Positions 10,267 through 21,838 of a stretch of 64,000 bases of DNA are shown piece after piece. This DNA is from Rebecca billardiae RCC1528 (lineage: Eukaryota > Protista > Haptophyta). The notes beneath the pieces are model-generated. The model was not told where the DNA came from. It saw nothing but the letters and a program-made list of their open reading frames with translations, and ran no database searches. The translations under genes and the position numbers were made by a program. The stretch is from the NCBI GenBank assembly GCA_965240325.2, contig OZ251242.1, forward strand, positions 372,001 to 436,000. Direction: 5' to 3'. Numbering within the stretch: position 1 is the first letter of the stretch; every line of letters starts with the position of its first letter.

Positions 10267-13200
10267 ATGGAGGGCGGTGGCCATCCGCTCCGTCGCTTGC
10301 CGCGCGCTGGCGACGCGGCGCGTGGCGGCGGCGACGAGGACGACGACGACGACGCGCTGCAGCGTGAGCAGGCTGCCTTCTTCGCGAAGGGCTCGCGCCC
10401 GGCGGCCAAGCTCATCTCCGCATCGCCGACCACCCCAGGCGCTGCGAAGGATGCGGGCGCGCACGCCCGGCCTGCGGCGCCTGCCGCGCCCCGCGAGGTG
10501 GAGGAGCGCGCGGCGGCGCAGCCCGCGCGCGAGGCCACCGACGCCCCCAGCCAACCGACGCCCGCACCGGCGCCCAGCCTCGACTCGCTCGTCCGCGAGG
10601 TCGTCGAGAGCGAGCGACGCGCCGCCGAGCCGCCGCGCATGCAATTTGCCTCCGGATTTCCGGCCGTGTATCACCGCGACTCGGCGGAGGGAAGGCGCTT
10701 CGGGCGCAACCGCGAGGCGAGGCGGCGCGATGCCACCGCCTCGCGGGGCGCACCGAGCGAGCCGGCACGCGCTGCTGCCGCCGCCGCCGCTGCTACCGCC
10801 GCCGCCGCCGGTGGCAGCGGCGGCGGCGGCAGCGCGGCGGTCGGCGCGCGCGCCACGGCCGGCGCGGCGGAGGGCTCCGAGCTCGCGCGGCAGATCGCCG
10901 ACGAGAACGCCGCGCGGATTGCGGCGATGAGCCCGGCCGAGCTCGCGGCCGCGCAGGAGGAGATCCTCGACGCGTTGGGCCCCGCGCTCGCAGCGCGCAT
11001 GCGCGCGCGCGGCGCCGCGCGCGGCGACAGCGGCGCCCCGCGCGCCACTGCCGGCGCCTCTGTCGCCGCGCGCGGCGGCGCCGGCGCCGGCGCGCCAGCT
11101 GCGCGCGCGGGAGAGGTGCACGAAGCGTCCGACGCCTCGCCAATGCTGCTCGCCGCGCGAGTCACCGAGCGCGAGCCATCCGCTGCCCAGCGGGCACGAC
11201 CAATGCCTCCCCCTCCGGGCGCGCGCGCGGCCGGCGCTACCAGCGTCGCCGGCGCGCCTTCAGCGCGCGGAGGCGACGACGACGCAGAGCGATGCGGCGA
11301 CGGCCGGGCGGCAGGGCCGTCGGCACCGCGCGCGCTCGCGCCGAGCGATGCGGCGGCGTCCTCTCGTCAAGGCGCCACGGCCACCGAGCGCTTCGGCCGC
11401 GGCGGTGGAGGCGGCGCGCCGGGCACCCACGGGTCGAACCGCGCCGCCGCCGCGGACGGCGCGCGAGCGCCGCGCGGCGAGATGGCATCTCCCCGCGGCG
11501 GCTCGGCCGAGATTGCATCTCCCCGCGGCGGCGGCGGCGCAGAAGACCGGCTGGACGCGGCGGTGCGCGCGGCCGCGGCCGCGTCCAAGCGGGCCGCGCG
11601 CCGTGGCGGCGCGCCGCGAGCCACGGCCGACGGCGCGGTGCGTCGCCACTTGGACGACGAGGCGCCTTCGCCAGATGCAATCTCGGCGCCGCCCGCGCGG
11701 GGAGATGCAATCTCGGCCGAGCCGCCGTGGGGAGATGCAATCTCCCCCGCGGAGGAGGAGGAGGAGGAGGAGGAGGAGGAGGAGGAGGAGGAGCTCAGCG
11801 TGCGAGCCGACCTCGACTTGGAGGACCTCGACCTGGCCGCGCTCGAGGCCGCGCTCGCCGACGGCCGCCGCGCGGACGCGCGCCCGCTCGGCCGCGCCGA
11901 GCGCGCGGCGCGCGCGATCCGCGCCGCGCCGCGCGCGCTGCGCTTCGACTTCAACGGGCGCGCGGTGCAGCCCGGCGCGCGGGGCGGCGGCGACGACGGC
12001 GCGTGCGAGCAGCGGACGGTGCGCGCGGGGCTGCACCACCACGGCCGCGAGCCCGAGCGCGCGGGCTACACCTTAGCCGAGCTACTTCACCTGTTGCGCT
12101 CGGCGGTGCCCTCGCAGCGCGCGGCCGCACTGCGCACGCTCGGCGCGGCGCTGCGCTGGGCGCGCGAGGCGGCGGTGGCGGCGGCGGGCACGGGCGGCGG
12201 CGAGGGCGGTGCCGAGGGCGGCCCCGAGCGCGCGGTGTACGAGCACGCCGCCGCGACGGCGGTCACCGCGTGGGTGCGCGCACACCCCGACCTTTTGCTC
12301 GCGCTCAGCGCGGGACTCGCAGAGCGCTCCGCGGCTGCGTTTTGCTGTGCGCTCGACGCGCTGACCGGCGCGCTCGCGCACGTGGCGCCGGCGCTGACGC
12401 CCGCGGCGCTGGGCGCGGGGCGGCGCACGGAGCCGCCCGCCGCGCTGCGCCGCGCGGGCGTGCTGCCTGCGCTCACGGCCACCGGCTGGCGATCGCAGTT
12501 CGGCGGACCCCCCGGCCCGGCGCGGCGCGCGCACGGCGGCGGCGGCGCCGCCGCCGTGGCCGGCGATGGCGGCGGCGATATGGGCGGCGGCGGCGGTATG
12601 GGCGGCGGCGGCGACGAGGGCGACGCGGCGGCGGACGCGTGCGCGGCGGACCCGCTCGCCGCGCTCGTCGAGGCGCACGCGGCCGAGCACCTGCTGCATG
12701 CGCTGCAGCGCGGCGGGCTCGGCGCGCGCGCGCGCGCCACTTGCTGGTGGGTGCTGAGCGCGTGCGCGGCGCGCAGCCTGCATCACGCCTCGGCGGTGGG
12801 CGCGCTGCGCGGCTTGTGGGCGGCGCTGCGCGCCGAGCTGCGCGGCGCGCACGGCGCGCCGGGCGTCGACGAGGGCGGCGCCGACGACGGCGCCGACGAG
12901 CCGTGCGTCGCGGCGCTCGCGCTCGCGTGCGCGCTCGCGCGCGCCGGCCGCGCGCTCGCGCGCGCGCTCGTGCGGTCGCGCGCGGCCGAGGCGACGACCC
13001 CGCTTGTCTGCGTGGCGCTGGCGGGCGGCGCGGGCGCGTCGGCGCGCGCGCGGCGCGTGTGCGTCGCCGCGCTCGCGCTGTGGCGCTGCCTCGCCGCGTA
13101 CGGCCTCCTCGACACCGACGCGAATCCGGCGCTCAGCAGCCGGACTATGCCGTTACTTTTCCCGTTACTGCTCGGCGCGACGGCGGCCCGGCCCGCCGCG

Positions 13201-14909
13201 CCGCCAAGCGTTGCCGCCGCGCCGCCGCCGCCGCCGCGAGGCGCGGGCGCGGGCGCGGGCGCCTCGGCGGCGGGCTCGGCGGCTCCGCCGACGCGCGCGC
13301 TCGGTGCGCCGGACGCGTGGGACGGCTCGGACGCGGCGGACGCGAGCGCGGCGGTGCTGTTTCTCCTAGAGACCCTCTGCCACACGCGCGGCCGCGAGGG
13401 CGAGCCCGCCGCCGGCGGCGGCGGTGGCGACGGTGGCGGCGGCGGCGTTGACATTGGCGGCGGCGGCGGCTCGGAGCCGTCCGCCGCCGCGCCGCCCGGT
13501 CAGGGGCACGGCGGCGCCGGCGCCGGCGGCGCGGCGGCAGAGTGGCATGCGCTGCTTGCTCCTTACGTGCAGCCCGCGCTTGCTCTGTGCGAGCGCGCCG
13601 CCGCGGCCGCCGCCGTCGACCGCGGCGCGGAGCGTGGCGCGGAGCCCGCCGCGCCCGGAGGCTGGCGCGCGCTCGGCGCGGCGCTTCACTTCCTCGCGTC
13701 GTTCTGCGAGCGGCTGAAGGCGGAGGCGCCTCGGCTGCTGCAGCCGTTGAGCGCGGTGCTGTCGGGCGGTGGCGCCGACGCCGACGCCGTCGGCGGCGTC
13801 GGCGGCGTCGGCGGCGGCACGGCGGCGGCGGCGCGCGACGCGTCGGCAGTTGAGCTTGCGCGTTGGGCTTCGGACTTGGCGCGCGCGCAGCTCGCGTCGC
13901 TGGCGCGCGCCGAGCACTCGCCCGTGCGCCGCGCCGTGGCGGTGCTCACGCGCGCGCTGGACGGCGCGGGCGCGGGCGCGGGCGGTGCGGATGCGAGCGC
14001 TGAGGGCGACGCGTCCGCGCCGGCGTGCGTCGGAAGCGGCGGCGGCCGCGCGGCGGCGGCCGACGACGCCTCGAGCGCTGCAGAGCGCGGCGCGGCGGAC
14101 ACGCCCGCTCCGGCGGCCGCGCGCCGGCAGGACGCCATCCTGCTCGGCGCGGCCGACGTGCTCAGCGGCTGGCTGCGCTGGGCGTGCGCGCTCGAGACCC
14201 TTCAGCATGGCTGCCTGCGCCACGCAGGGCTCGTGGACGCAGCGCAGCCAGCGCCGGGCGCGCCGCCGGCCGCGGCGCCGCGCGCGGCCGCGCCGTCGCC
14301 CCAGATTGCAATCTCGCCGTCGCCCCAGATTGCAATCTCGCCGCTGCCCCCGGTGGCAGACGCGCTGTGCGACCTCGCGGTCGCCCTGCGTGCGGCCGAG
14401 CTTGGCTCGTGGCTGCCGCGCGCCCCTCCGCTCAGCAGGGGCGGCAGCGTAGCAGACCCGCTCACACCCGCGCTCGCGCGCGCGCTCGGCGCGCTCGGCG
14501 CCGAGCTGAGCCGAGCGCTGCGGCTGGCGGCGGCGCACGCGCCGCCGGCTGGCGGCGCGCGCGGTGCGGCGCGCACGACGCTGCTCGCGAGCGCGCACGC
14601 CGCGGCGAGCGGCGCGCTGGGCGCGCTGCTCCCCGGCGACGAGGCCCTCGCGGCAGATCTGCTCGAGCTGGCTGTTCTGGAGGGCTCAGCACTCGGCGCG
14701 CTGAGTGTGCTCAACCGCGCCGCCGCCGCCGCCGGCGCGTCGGCGGCGGCGGCGGAGCACGCGAGCGCCGCCGCCGCCGGTGCGTCGGCGTCGGCGGCGG
14801 AGCACGCGGGCGCCGCCGCCGCCGCCGGCGGCGCGGCGTCGGAAGCGGAGGGCGCGGGCGCGGGCGCGGGCGCCGCCGCCGCCGCCGGCGGCGCGGCGTC
14901 GGAAGCGGA

Positions 14910-14944
<35 letters not shown>

Positions 14945-16278
14945 GCGCGGATGCGCAGGCTGCGCAGCAGGCGGAGGAGCTCGCGGCCGGCGCGGCCGCG
15001 GCGGCGGCCATGCTGCCGTGGGCGCGCGACGCGCTCGCGCCCGCCGCCGCGCTGCGCGCCTCGCGCGCGGTCGGCTCGCGCGAGCCCCGGCGGCTGCTGT
15101 CCTTGTGCAACCCGCCCCCGAGCGCGCCGGCGGCGCGCGCCGACGCGGCGGCGCGCTCGGCGGCGGTGACGCTTCCGCCGCCGCCGGACTGGCCGCTCGC
15201 GCCACTGGCGGCCATCGGCGCCGCCGAGCGCATCGCGCCGGCCGCGCTGAGCGAGGCGCGGCGCGTCGTCGCGCGCTCGCTGCGCGCGTGTGCGCTGCTC
15301 GCGCCGCCGGCGGCGGCGGGTGCGCGCGCGCGCGCCGCGCGGCACGCGCACGCGCGCGTGTGCGCGCGCGGCGCGCTGCGCGCGCTCGCGCTCCCGCCCG
15401 CGCTCACCGAGGACGAGCGCGTGCGCGGCGCGCTCGGCTGCGCGCTCGAGTCGGCGCTCGGCGCGCTCGACGCCGAGAGCGGACCGTTGCTCCGCGCGCC
15501 GGAAGAGTTTGATGCCGCGCGCGAGGCGGTGCGCGCGTGGTGCGCGCACGGCGCGGCCGGGCCCGCGGGCGCGCGCTGGGTGCTCGTGCTCCTGCGCGCG
15601 CGCGAGGCGGCGCCGGCCCGCGCGGCGGTGTGGCAGGAGTTGCACCCGTCGCTCTCGGCCGCGCTCCAGTGCGCGCTGCCGCTGCCGCCGCGGCTGCTGC
15701 CCTTGCTCCTCGCGCCGCCGTGCGAGCACCCTTCGGACTCGGCGCTGGTGGGCGCGGCGCGCGATGCGTGGCTAGTGGCTTTCGCCCCGCGCGGCGCGGG
15801 CGGCGCGCGGCGCGACGGCGGCGTCGGCGGCGGTGCCGGCGCGGGCGCGGCCGCCGCCGACAGCGGCGACGGCGCAGGCGGCGCGCGGCCGGCGCTGCCT
15901 CTCCTGTGCGCGCTCGGCGTGCACGGCGCGGCGTCGGCGCTGCTCGAGCGCGCGCTGGTCCGCGGCGAGTGGGGCGCGCGGCGCAGCCTGACCGAGCTCG
16001 TGCAGGGCGCGGCATGCACCGCCGTCTCGACCGGCGTGCTCTGCTGCCGCCCGCTGCCGGCCGGAGAGGTGCCGGCGGGCGAGCGCGGCGTGCGCGCGCT
16101 CGAGCGCGCAACGTCCGGCCGCGCGGGCTTGGCGCCGGAGCACCGCGCGGGCGTGGAGCGCATCCTCGCCGAGCTCGCGCGCGACGCGCGCGTCGTCGTG
16201 TCGGAGGCGTGGGCGCGAGTGCTCGCGCACGCGCCGGCGGCGCTCGACGAGCCGGCATTACATGCGGGCGGCCCATGA
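10267..16278 (+). CDS. RPAP1: RNA polymerase II-associated protein 1 homolog
   Basis: RPAP1_N motif IADENAARIAAMSPAELAAAQEEIL and RPAP1_C motif LRFDFNG...GLHHHG.EPERAGYTLAELLHLLRSAVPSQR. Long Ala/Gly-rich insertions. Confidence 0.88.
11479..11744. repeat. ~49-bp inverted repeat inside RPAP1 CDS (arms 11479-11527 and 11696-11744)
   Basis: gagatggcatctccccgcggcggctcggccgagattgcatctc is the near-exact reverse complement of gagatgcaatctcggccgagccgccgtggggagatgcaatctc. Confidence 0.85.
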
Positions 16279-16885
16279 TGATCTGCCCGTCGATCATTGT
16301 GAGGCGCCGAAGTCAGCCAGGTGCCGTGTTACAGTAAAGCCTATTATAAAGCCGACTGATGTTGATCAGTATGTTACGGTTGTAACCATTGTAATGTTCG
16401 GCATTGACTGCTCACTGCTCACAGCTCGGCAGGCCCGTGACCGGGCACCGGCCCGTGACCGCAGGCCGGACGCCTCGAGGCTCGAACTCGGTTAGTACGT
16501 TACTCATCGGGCTGTCGGTGACGATGTGCACTGTTACTGCGGACTGCGGGCTGGCCAGCTCGTCAGAGGCTACGAGTCAGGCGCAGTTTCGACGGACTTG
16601 CCCCGTCCGAACTGGGACTCGGCGGCCGTCGCTGGCGGCCGGGCCAGGCGGCCGGAAGTGACGGAGTCAGTTCATCTTAGCTGACAGTCAGTGACAGTGT
16701 TCGGGCAACAGCGGGCCAAAGAGTTAGGCCGCGATACTCTTGCCAGAGTCAGCATCATCGCACGCCTGCTCTGGCGGATGGGTTGATTGACCTTGGTGGC
16801 CCACGCTGGGCAAGACGAGATCATTACCGTGCCCTGACGCCCACTGCCAGACAGTTTTCTGCTTCGCACGGGCGGCGGCGAACAG

Positions 16886-16993
16886 GCTGGCCGACGGTGC
16901 TCGCCTGCTGCCTGACATCCCTGACAAGTGGGGTCACATGTGCACGCTGAAGCGGTCACGTTGTGGCGAATGGGGCGCAGATGGGCGCATGCG
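16886..16993 (+). repeat. Diverged copy of the arm of the 58495-59485 foldback element
   Basis: gctggccgacggtgctcgcctgct...tgacaagtggggtcacat...gctgaagcggtc...atgggcgcatgcg aligns with 59160-59275. Confidence 0.8.
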
Positions 16994-17711
16994 GGCCACG
17001 GCGAGGGGTCGGGGGCAGGCGGCTGTTCGATGTTGGTTGCGCGCGGCGATCTCCATTATTGTCCGGTCGGGAGTCCGACCTTTGAGTGCTACGACGAGTG
17101 GCCATGTCTTCCAGCGCCTCGCGTTCGCGAGGCGTGCCCGAAACAGCTACACACTCACCGGTGCCCTGGGGCACCGGCGCAACCCGCATCCAACACTCCG
17201 CATATCGCAGACACGACATATCCACCCGCGCTTGCACACGCACGCCCCCCCCCCCCCGCCTGCTTGCTGACCATGAAAGGACTGGCCCCGGGTGCGGACG
17301 CCAAGCGCATGCTCATCCCGACACGACGGCGAACACCTGCGGTGTGCCTGTGCGGAGGCACTGGGGAGCGACACGCGGAGTGTGGGCCGCCCTCCTTCCT
17401 GAGCAGCGCCCGGCCCTCAGGTGGAGACCGCGCCCGTCCCGGCCTCCCCGCGGCGGCCGCGAGCCCCCCCCCCCCCCCCCCTTTTCCCCATCCTGCCCGT
17501 TTCGCGACAAACCCCTCTCCCCCCGAAACGCACGACGGGCCGCCGTGGTCCGGGGGACCGGCGGGGCCACTCCGGACCTGGGTTTTGAAATTTGATTTCA
17601 ACCCCGCGCGCCGAAATGCCTTTGGCACCAGCACCGACCTCGCTCGCACCGCAGTGCTTCCGCACCCGCCCCCCGGCCCTCCGCAGCCCCGCGCCCGCCA
17701 CACCGGCCACC

Positions 17712-18816
17712 ATGCCCCCTTACCAGCACGGCTTTTTCCGCGACCGTCTCAACAGCAGGAGCGCCTTGAGCTTCTTCCCCTCTTCCAACAACTTCGAGCG
17801 CGGGCTGCAGGTGGAACGGCCGAGCACCCCCACCGCCAGGCGGGATGCGGGCCAGCAGATGTGCACGACGATGATCAAGCTGAGCGCGCGCTGCCTGAGC
17901 GACGTGGCGCCCAACTCGCAAGGCGGGCGACTGCTCTCAGGACTCACCCAGGACCCCAAAGGCAATAAGCACGTTTTCTCCTTCACCGGCTCGGTGCTCG
18001 AGAACATGACCATCTGCCGCCGCCTGGCCACCAGCCTGTGCATGCCGAACATTCTCACGGCGTGCACCACGGAGCTCACGCAGGAGATGCTCGCGCTGTC
18101 GGCGGCCGACCTCGCAACCCAGGCGAAGGACGTGTCCCTCACGCTCCCGGTTAGCCCCACGATGACGCTCGTGCAGTTTCACAGGGCCCTCTACGAGCAG
18201 ATCGTGCCCGACATCAACAAGTACGTGACCAACGGTGAGCACGTCGAGACCAACATCTACTCCGGCGGTGTGAACCTGATCTTCCTCCGCCTGCGTTTCA
18301 TGCCCATCGACCCCGAGCACCCCATCTTCTTCGCGCCGCTCAAGCCGAGCCGCCGCATCGCCGGCGCCGCCCGCGTCCCACACAACCTGTGGGGCGTGCC
18401 GCCCGCGCCGCCTGTGCCGCCCGCGCCGCCCGCCGCTGCGCGCCGCCCTGCTCCTCAGCCGGCCGACCAACAGGCGGCGGACCCCGCCGGCCCGGAGGCG
18501 GAGGAGCCCGAGGGGGAGGGTTCGGACGATGCCATCCCGCCACCCCAGCCACCAACCGCGGCCGCGCCGTCGGACGGGCCCGAGGTGCAACAGGCCAGGC
18601 CGGCGCTCGGGGAGTCCAACTACCGCCTGGTCCTGCCCCCCCGGCGCCGCGGCAGCCGGCAAGCGCGCGGCGACCGAGCCGTCCACGCCGGCGGAGGAGG
18701 ATGGGCCCTCCTCCGCTGGCGGGAGCGACGCCAAGCCGGCCAAGCAGGCTCGCACCGCGTCCCTCGGCGACCCCCCCCGTGACCTGGCTGCCGCCGCGCC
18801 GCAGTCGCTGGCGTAG
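17712..18816 (+). CDS. Orphan protein with a globular N-terminal region and a Pro/Ala tail; probable frameshift at the poly-C near 18635
   Basis: Host-like GC3 codon use and complex sequence (MPPYQHGFFRDRL...FHRALYEQIVPDINKYV...). The natural-looking tail (KRAATEPSTPAEEDG...QSLA*) continues in another frame to 18816. No family recognised. Confidence 0.55.
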
Positions 18817-18882
18817 AGCCGCGCGCGGCGCTGGCGCGCCAGACGCGCCCGGTTGGGCAGCGCAGGCACCCTCAGCGGCCAG

Positions 18883-19004
18883 GACGACGACTTCCTCAAC
18901 GGCAAGGGCGACGACTTCCTCTGCGGCCAGGGCGACGACTTCCTCAACGGCAAGGACGACGACTTCCTCAACGGCAAGGGCGACTACTCCCTCAACTCGG
19001 CAAG
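18883..19004 (+). repeat. 24-bp tandem repeat, about 5 copies (g[a/g]cgacgacttcctcaacggcaag)
   Basis: Directly visible; translates as (G/D)DDFLNGK or ATTSSTAR depending on frame. Confidence 0.9.
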
Positions 19005-19709
19005 GCCACTAGGCCGCGCACACCGGCCCGGGCGACCACATCCACTACCTGCACTACGGCATCAACTTGAACAGCCTCGGACGACGACGACACGGGCAAC
19101 TACATGATGACCAAGGCCGACGACGACTGCAAAACAGCGGCATCCCCGGGCGCCTACTACCTCAGTGACCGTGTGATCAGCATCGGTTACGACGACTCCC
19201 TCACCCGCGGCCAACGCGCTCCGACATCCTCCATTAACTCCATTCAGTATTACCGATTTTGGGCAACTGAAAACATGATTCTGCACTTTTTTGAAAAACG
19301 CACTTCAAAAAGTTTCAACTTTTGAAACCGGATTTAAAACATGTTTTGTTTTGTTTTTGGAAAAGAAGTTTTGCCAAAACGAAACAAAAACCGAAAACGT
19401 TTTTCAAAACCTGTTTTCAAAACGTGTTTTCAAAAAGTGCAAACCTGTTTTCCCTTTTTCAAAAACGTTTTCACTTTTTGTCTTTTTCCAAAAAGTGACG
19501 CTCGAAAACACACGGTGAACAGAATGGCGGCCAAATGTTCACTTTAGGGTGCCGCCGCGCGACGCGGGCCGGCGGCCTAGTAAGAACCCTGAGCCGGCGC
19601 GGACGGGCACTGGCAGGTGCGCAACCACCCAACACATGCTCCAGGCACCGCTCACCAGCCCCTGCCACTTCGTCTCCTCGTCTATTACTGCCCGCGACAC
19701 GCGCGAATG

Positions 19710-20309
19710 TCATCTCAATCGCCCTGGCGTCGCGCGACCGCGCGGCCGCGCGCGCATGCGGTGCGCAGGCGTCAGATGGCGGAGGTGGTGATGCGGTGCG
19801 ACGCGCATGGACGATCTCGCGCAGACGCACCTCGCTCGCAGGCCCGCTGCCACTGGATGCGCCCGGCTGCACCGTCCGTTTGCTGCGCGCAGTCGCAGCC
19901 GGCCGTTCTTGTCGACGGTGTTGGTGCGCTTCTTCATGATCTTCATCTTGCCCACGATCACCTGCTTGGCGGCCTGCTCGACGCGGCCAGCTCGCGGCAT
20001 GCTCGTGCCGCGTCTGTTCGAGCTCAGCCCGCCCGCCCGGCACGTGCGGTCGCGGAACGTGTTGCCGATGATCTTGCCGTCGTGCTCCGACGCTTGTGTG
20101 CTCGCGCGGTGCAGCTCGCCGCCGAGTCGCACGATGGCGCGAAGGGCGATGGCGACGACCACGTGCGGGTGGCACGCGACCGTGCTCGTCCACCGCTTGA
20201 GCTCACGCACATACGCGCACCTGGCGTTGAGCGCAGCAAGCACCATCACCTTCACCTCCGCGGCGGTCGTCGGACGCCGCCGACGAGTTCGCGCACCGCC
20301 ACCAACCAC
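19710..20309 (-). pseudogene. Possible Transib/RAG1-like transposase C-terminal fragment
   Basis: CHPHVVVAIALRAIVRLGGELHRASTQASEHDGK resembles the RAG1/Transib H...G.....SE..E..NK segment around the catalytic Glu. No upstream DD region is present. Confidence 0.35.
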
Positions 20310-20609
20310 AGTCGGCAGAAGTCCTCACACGTGAGCTGCGGCTGCTGCGGTGCCTGAGCAGCGTTGGCGTAGCCCTCGCACGGCACGTTGGCGTCACGCG
20401 CGTGCTGCATCCTCTGCTGCCCGCCGTCACCGGCGTGGCCCTGGCCCTGGCGGTACCTGGCCGCACGCGGCGCGCACTACGACTCGTCGTGTCCGCCGAC
20501 TTTGCGTCTGCCGACGGCTCGGTCCACACTGATCGTCAGCCCTGGGCTCCGCGGCCGTGCAGCGTCACTGCTGTCGTGCGACGATCGCATCGATATGACT
20601 CACAGCGAC

Positions 20610-21446
20610 TCACGCGTACTTGTGTCGTAGTAGTATGGCAGCGTCATGCACGGCATCAGACGACTGATGACGAGGGCTCCTGCCCGAAGCGCACGGGCCC
20701 GCGGAGGCGGATGAAAGTCGAAAGACATGATCGGCTCGTCCGGACGCGCGCATCATCACGCTGCTCGTCGCGCCCAGATTCCGCTGCTCGCCATGATGAC
20801 GAACGAAGCACGGACTCCTGCAGGCCGATGTGCTCAGCGGCGCGCTTACTGCGTCGGCGACAGGATCCTCCATCAGCTCCCGCCCCTGGCCCTGTCGCAG
20901 CAGGGCACGGCTGAGGGTCACACCCGCTGATGGCCGGGCGAGACCAAGCATCAAGCGCGCACGCATGCGCGGTCGCCGCGGCGCACTCGCGCGCACCACC
21001 GGAACCTCAACGGTCTTCTTGCGCGTCATGCGGATGACCTGCATTGCCCTGCAGACGGTCGGCTCGCTGACGCTCAGGCCATACCACAGCGCAAGGCGTG
21101 CACACGTTTGCGCCAGCGTGTCTCGCGGGTACATCTTGACGAGTGCTTTCAGCAGGAAGAGCTGGGGCAGTTCGAAGATCGGCGGGCCAGAGGACGCGAC
21201 GCCGCCCGACTGCGTGCTCACGATCTGCTGCGTCGCGAGGTACTCCCGCACCCACTTGAACACGGTCGATTTGGCGACGCCCGTGAGTTGAGCGATCTCG
21301 TCGTACGTGCACGACGAGTTGCCCGCGCGCAGTCGGAGGGCAGTCCCCACGACGCGCTGCCGAAGAACCACGTCGTAGCTCCTACCCTGTCGGTACACGC
21401 CGTTGTGCGCGTTGACTGCGATCCGCGGCCGTGGCTCGCGCGGCAT
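20610..21446 (-). pseudogene. Truncated transposase: paired-like HTH plus IS630-type winged HTH, no DDE domain
   Basis: VNAHNGVYRQGRSYDVVLRQRVV...TYDEIAQLTGVAKSTVFKWVREY and LVKMYPRDTLAQTCARL..YGLSVSEPTVCRAM..IRMTRKK. The sequence after TRKKTVE is unrelated. Confidence 0.75.
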
Positions 21447-21838
21447 CTCCTGTCGCCGCCGATTGCCCCGCCGCGCGACGCGGTGGACAACGGTCTTTCT
21501 TTCCTCGCTCCAAGAAAACTTTTTCAAAACAAAACTTGTTTTCAAAACACGTTTTGAAAACTTAAGTTTTGTTTTGTTTTTTTGAAACACGTTTTGAAAA
21601 CTTGTTTTGAAAACGTTTTTCAAAAAAACAAAACAAAACAAGTTTTTCGAAAATATTTTTTCAAAAAGATGTTTTGTCCAAAACATGTTTCAAAAAAGGA
21701 AAAAGTTCAAAAAACAAAACAAAACTTGCAAAAACGAAATGCATGTTTTCAGTTGCCCAAAATCGGTAATACTTCGACAGACGAATCAGGAGAGCTGCGC
21801 CCTCGTGCCTGTGTCTTTAAATCATAGAATTAGTCCAA

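Larger units (their letters stand above)
19250..21769. mobile_element. Non-autonomous IS630/Tc1-mariner transposon with AT-rich subterminal arrays
   Basis: ag-TA|TTACCGATTTTGGGCAACTGAAAACATG...CATGTTTTCAGTTGCCCAAAATCGGTAA|TA-ct: perfect 28-bp TIR and TA TSD. TTTTGAAAA/AAAACGTTTT arrays at ~19285-19510 and ~21510-21740. Transposase HTH inside. Confidence 0.88.

Noticed and set aside
18883-19004. CRISPR array
   Set aside because: Contiguous 24-bp units without unique spacers, no cas genes, eukaryotic context.
19291-19547. Phe/Lys-rich ORFs here and at 21403-21960
   Set aside because: Translations of the AT-rich subterminal repeats of the transposon.
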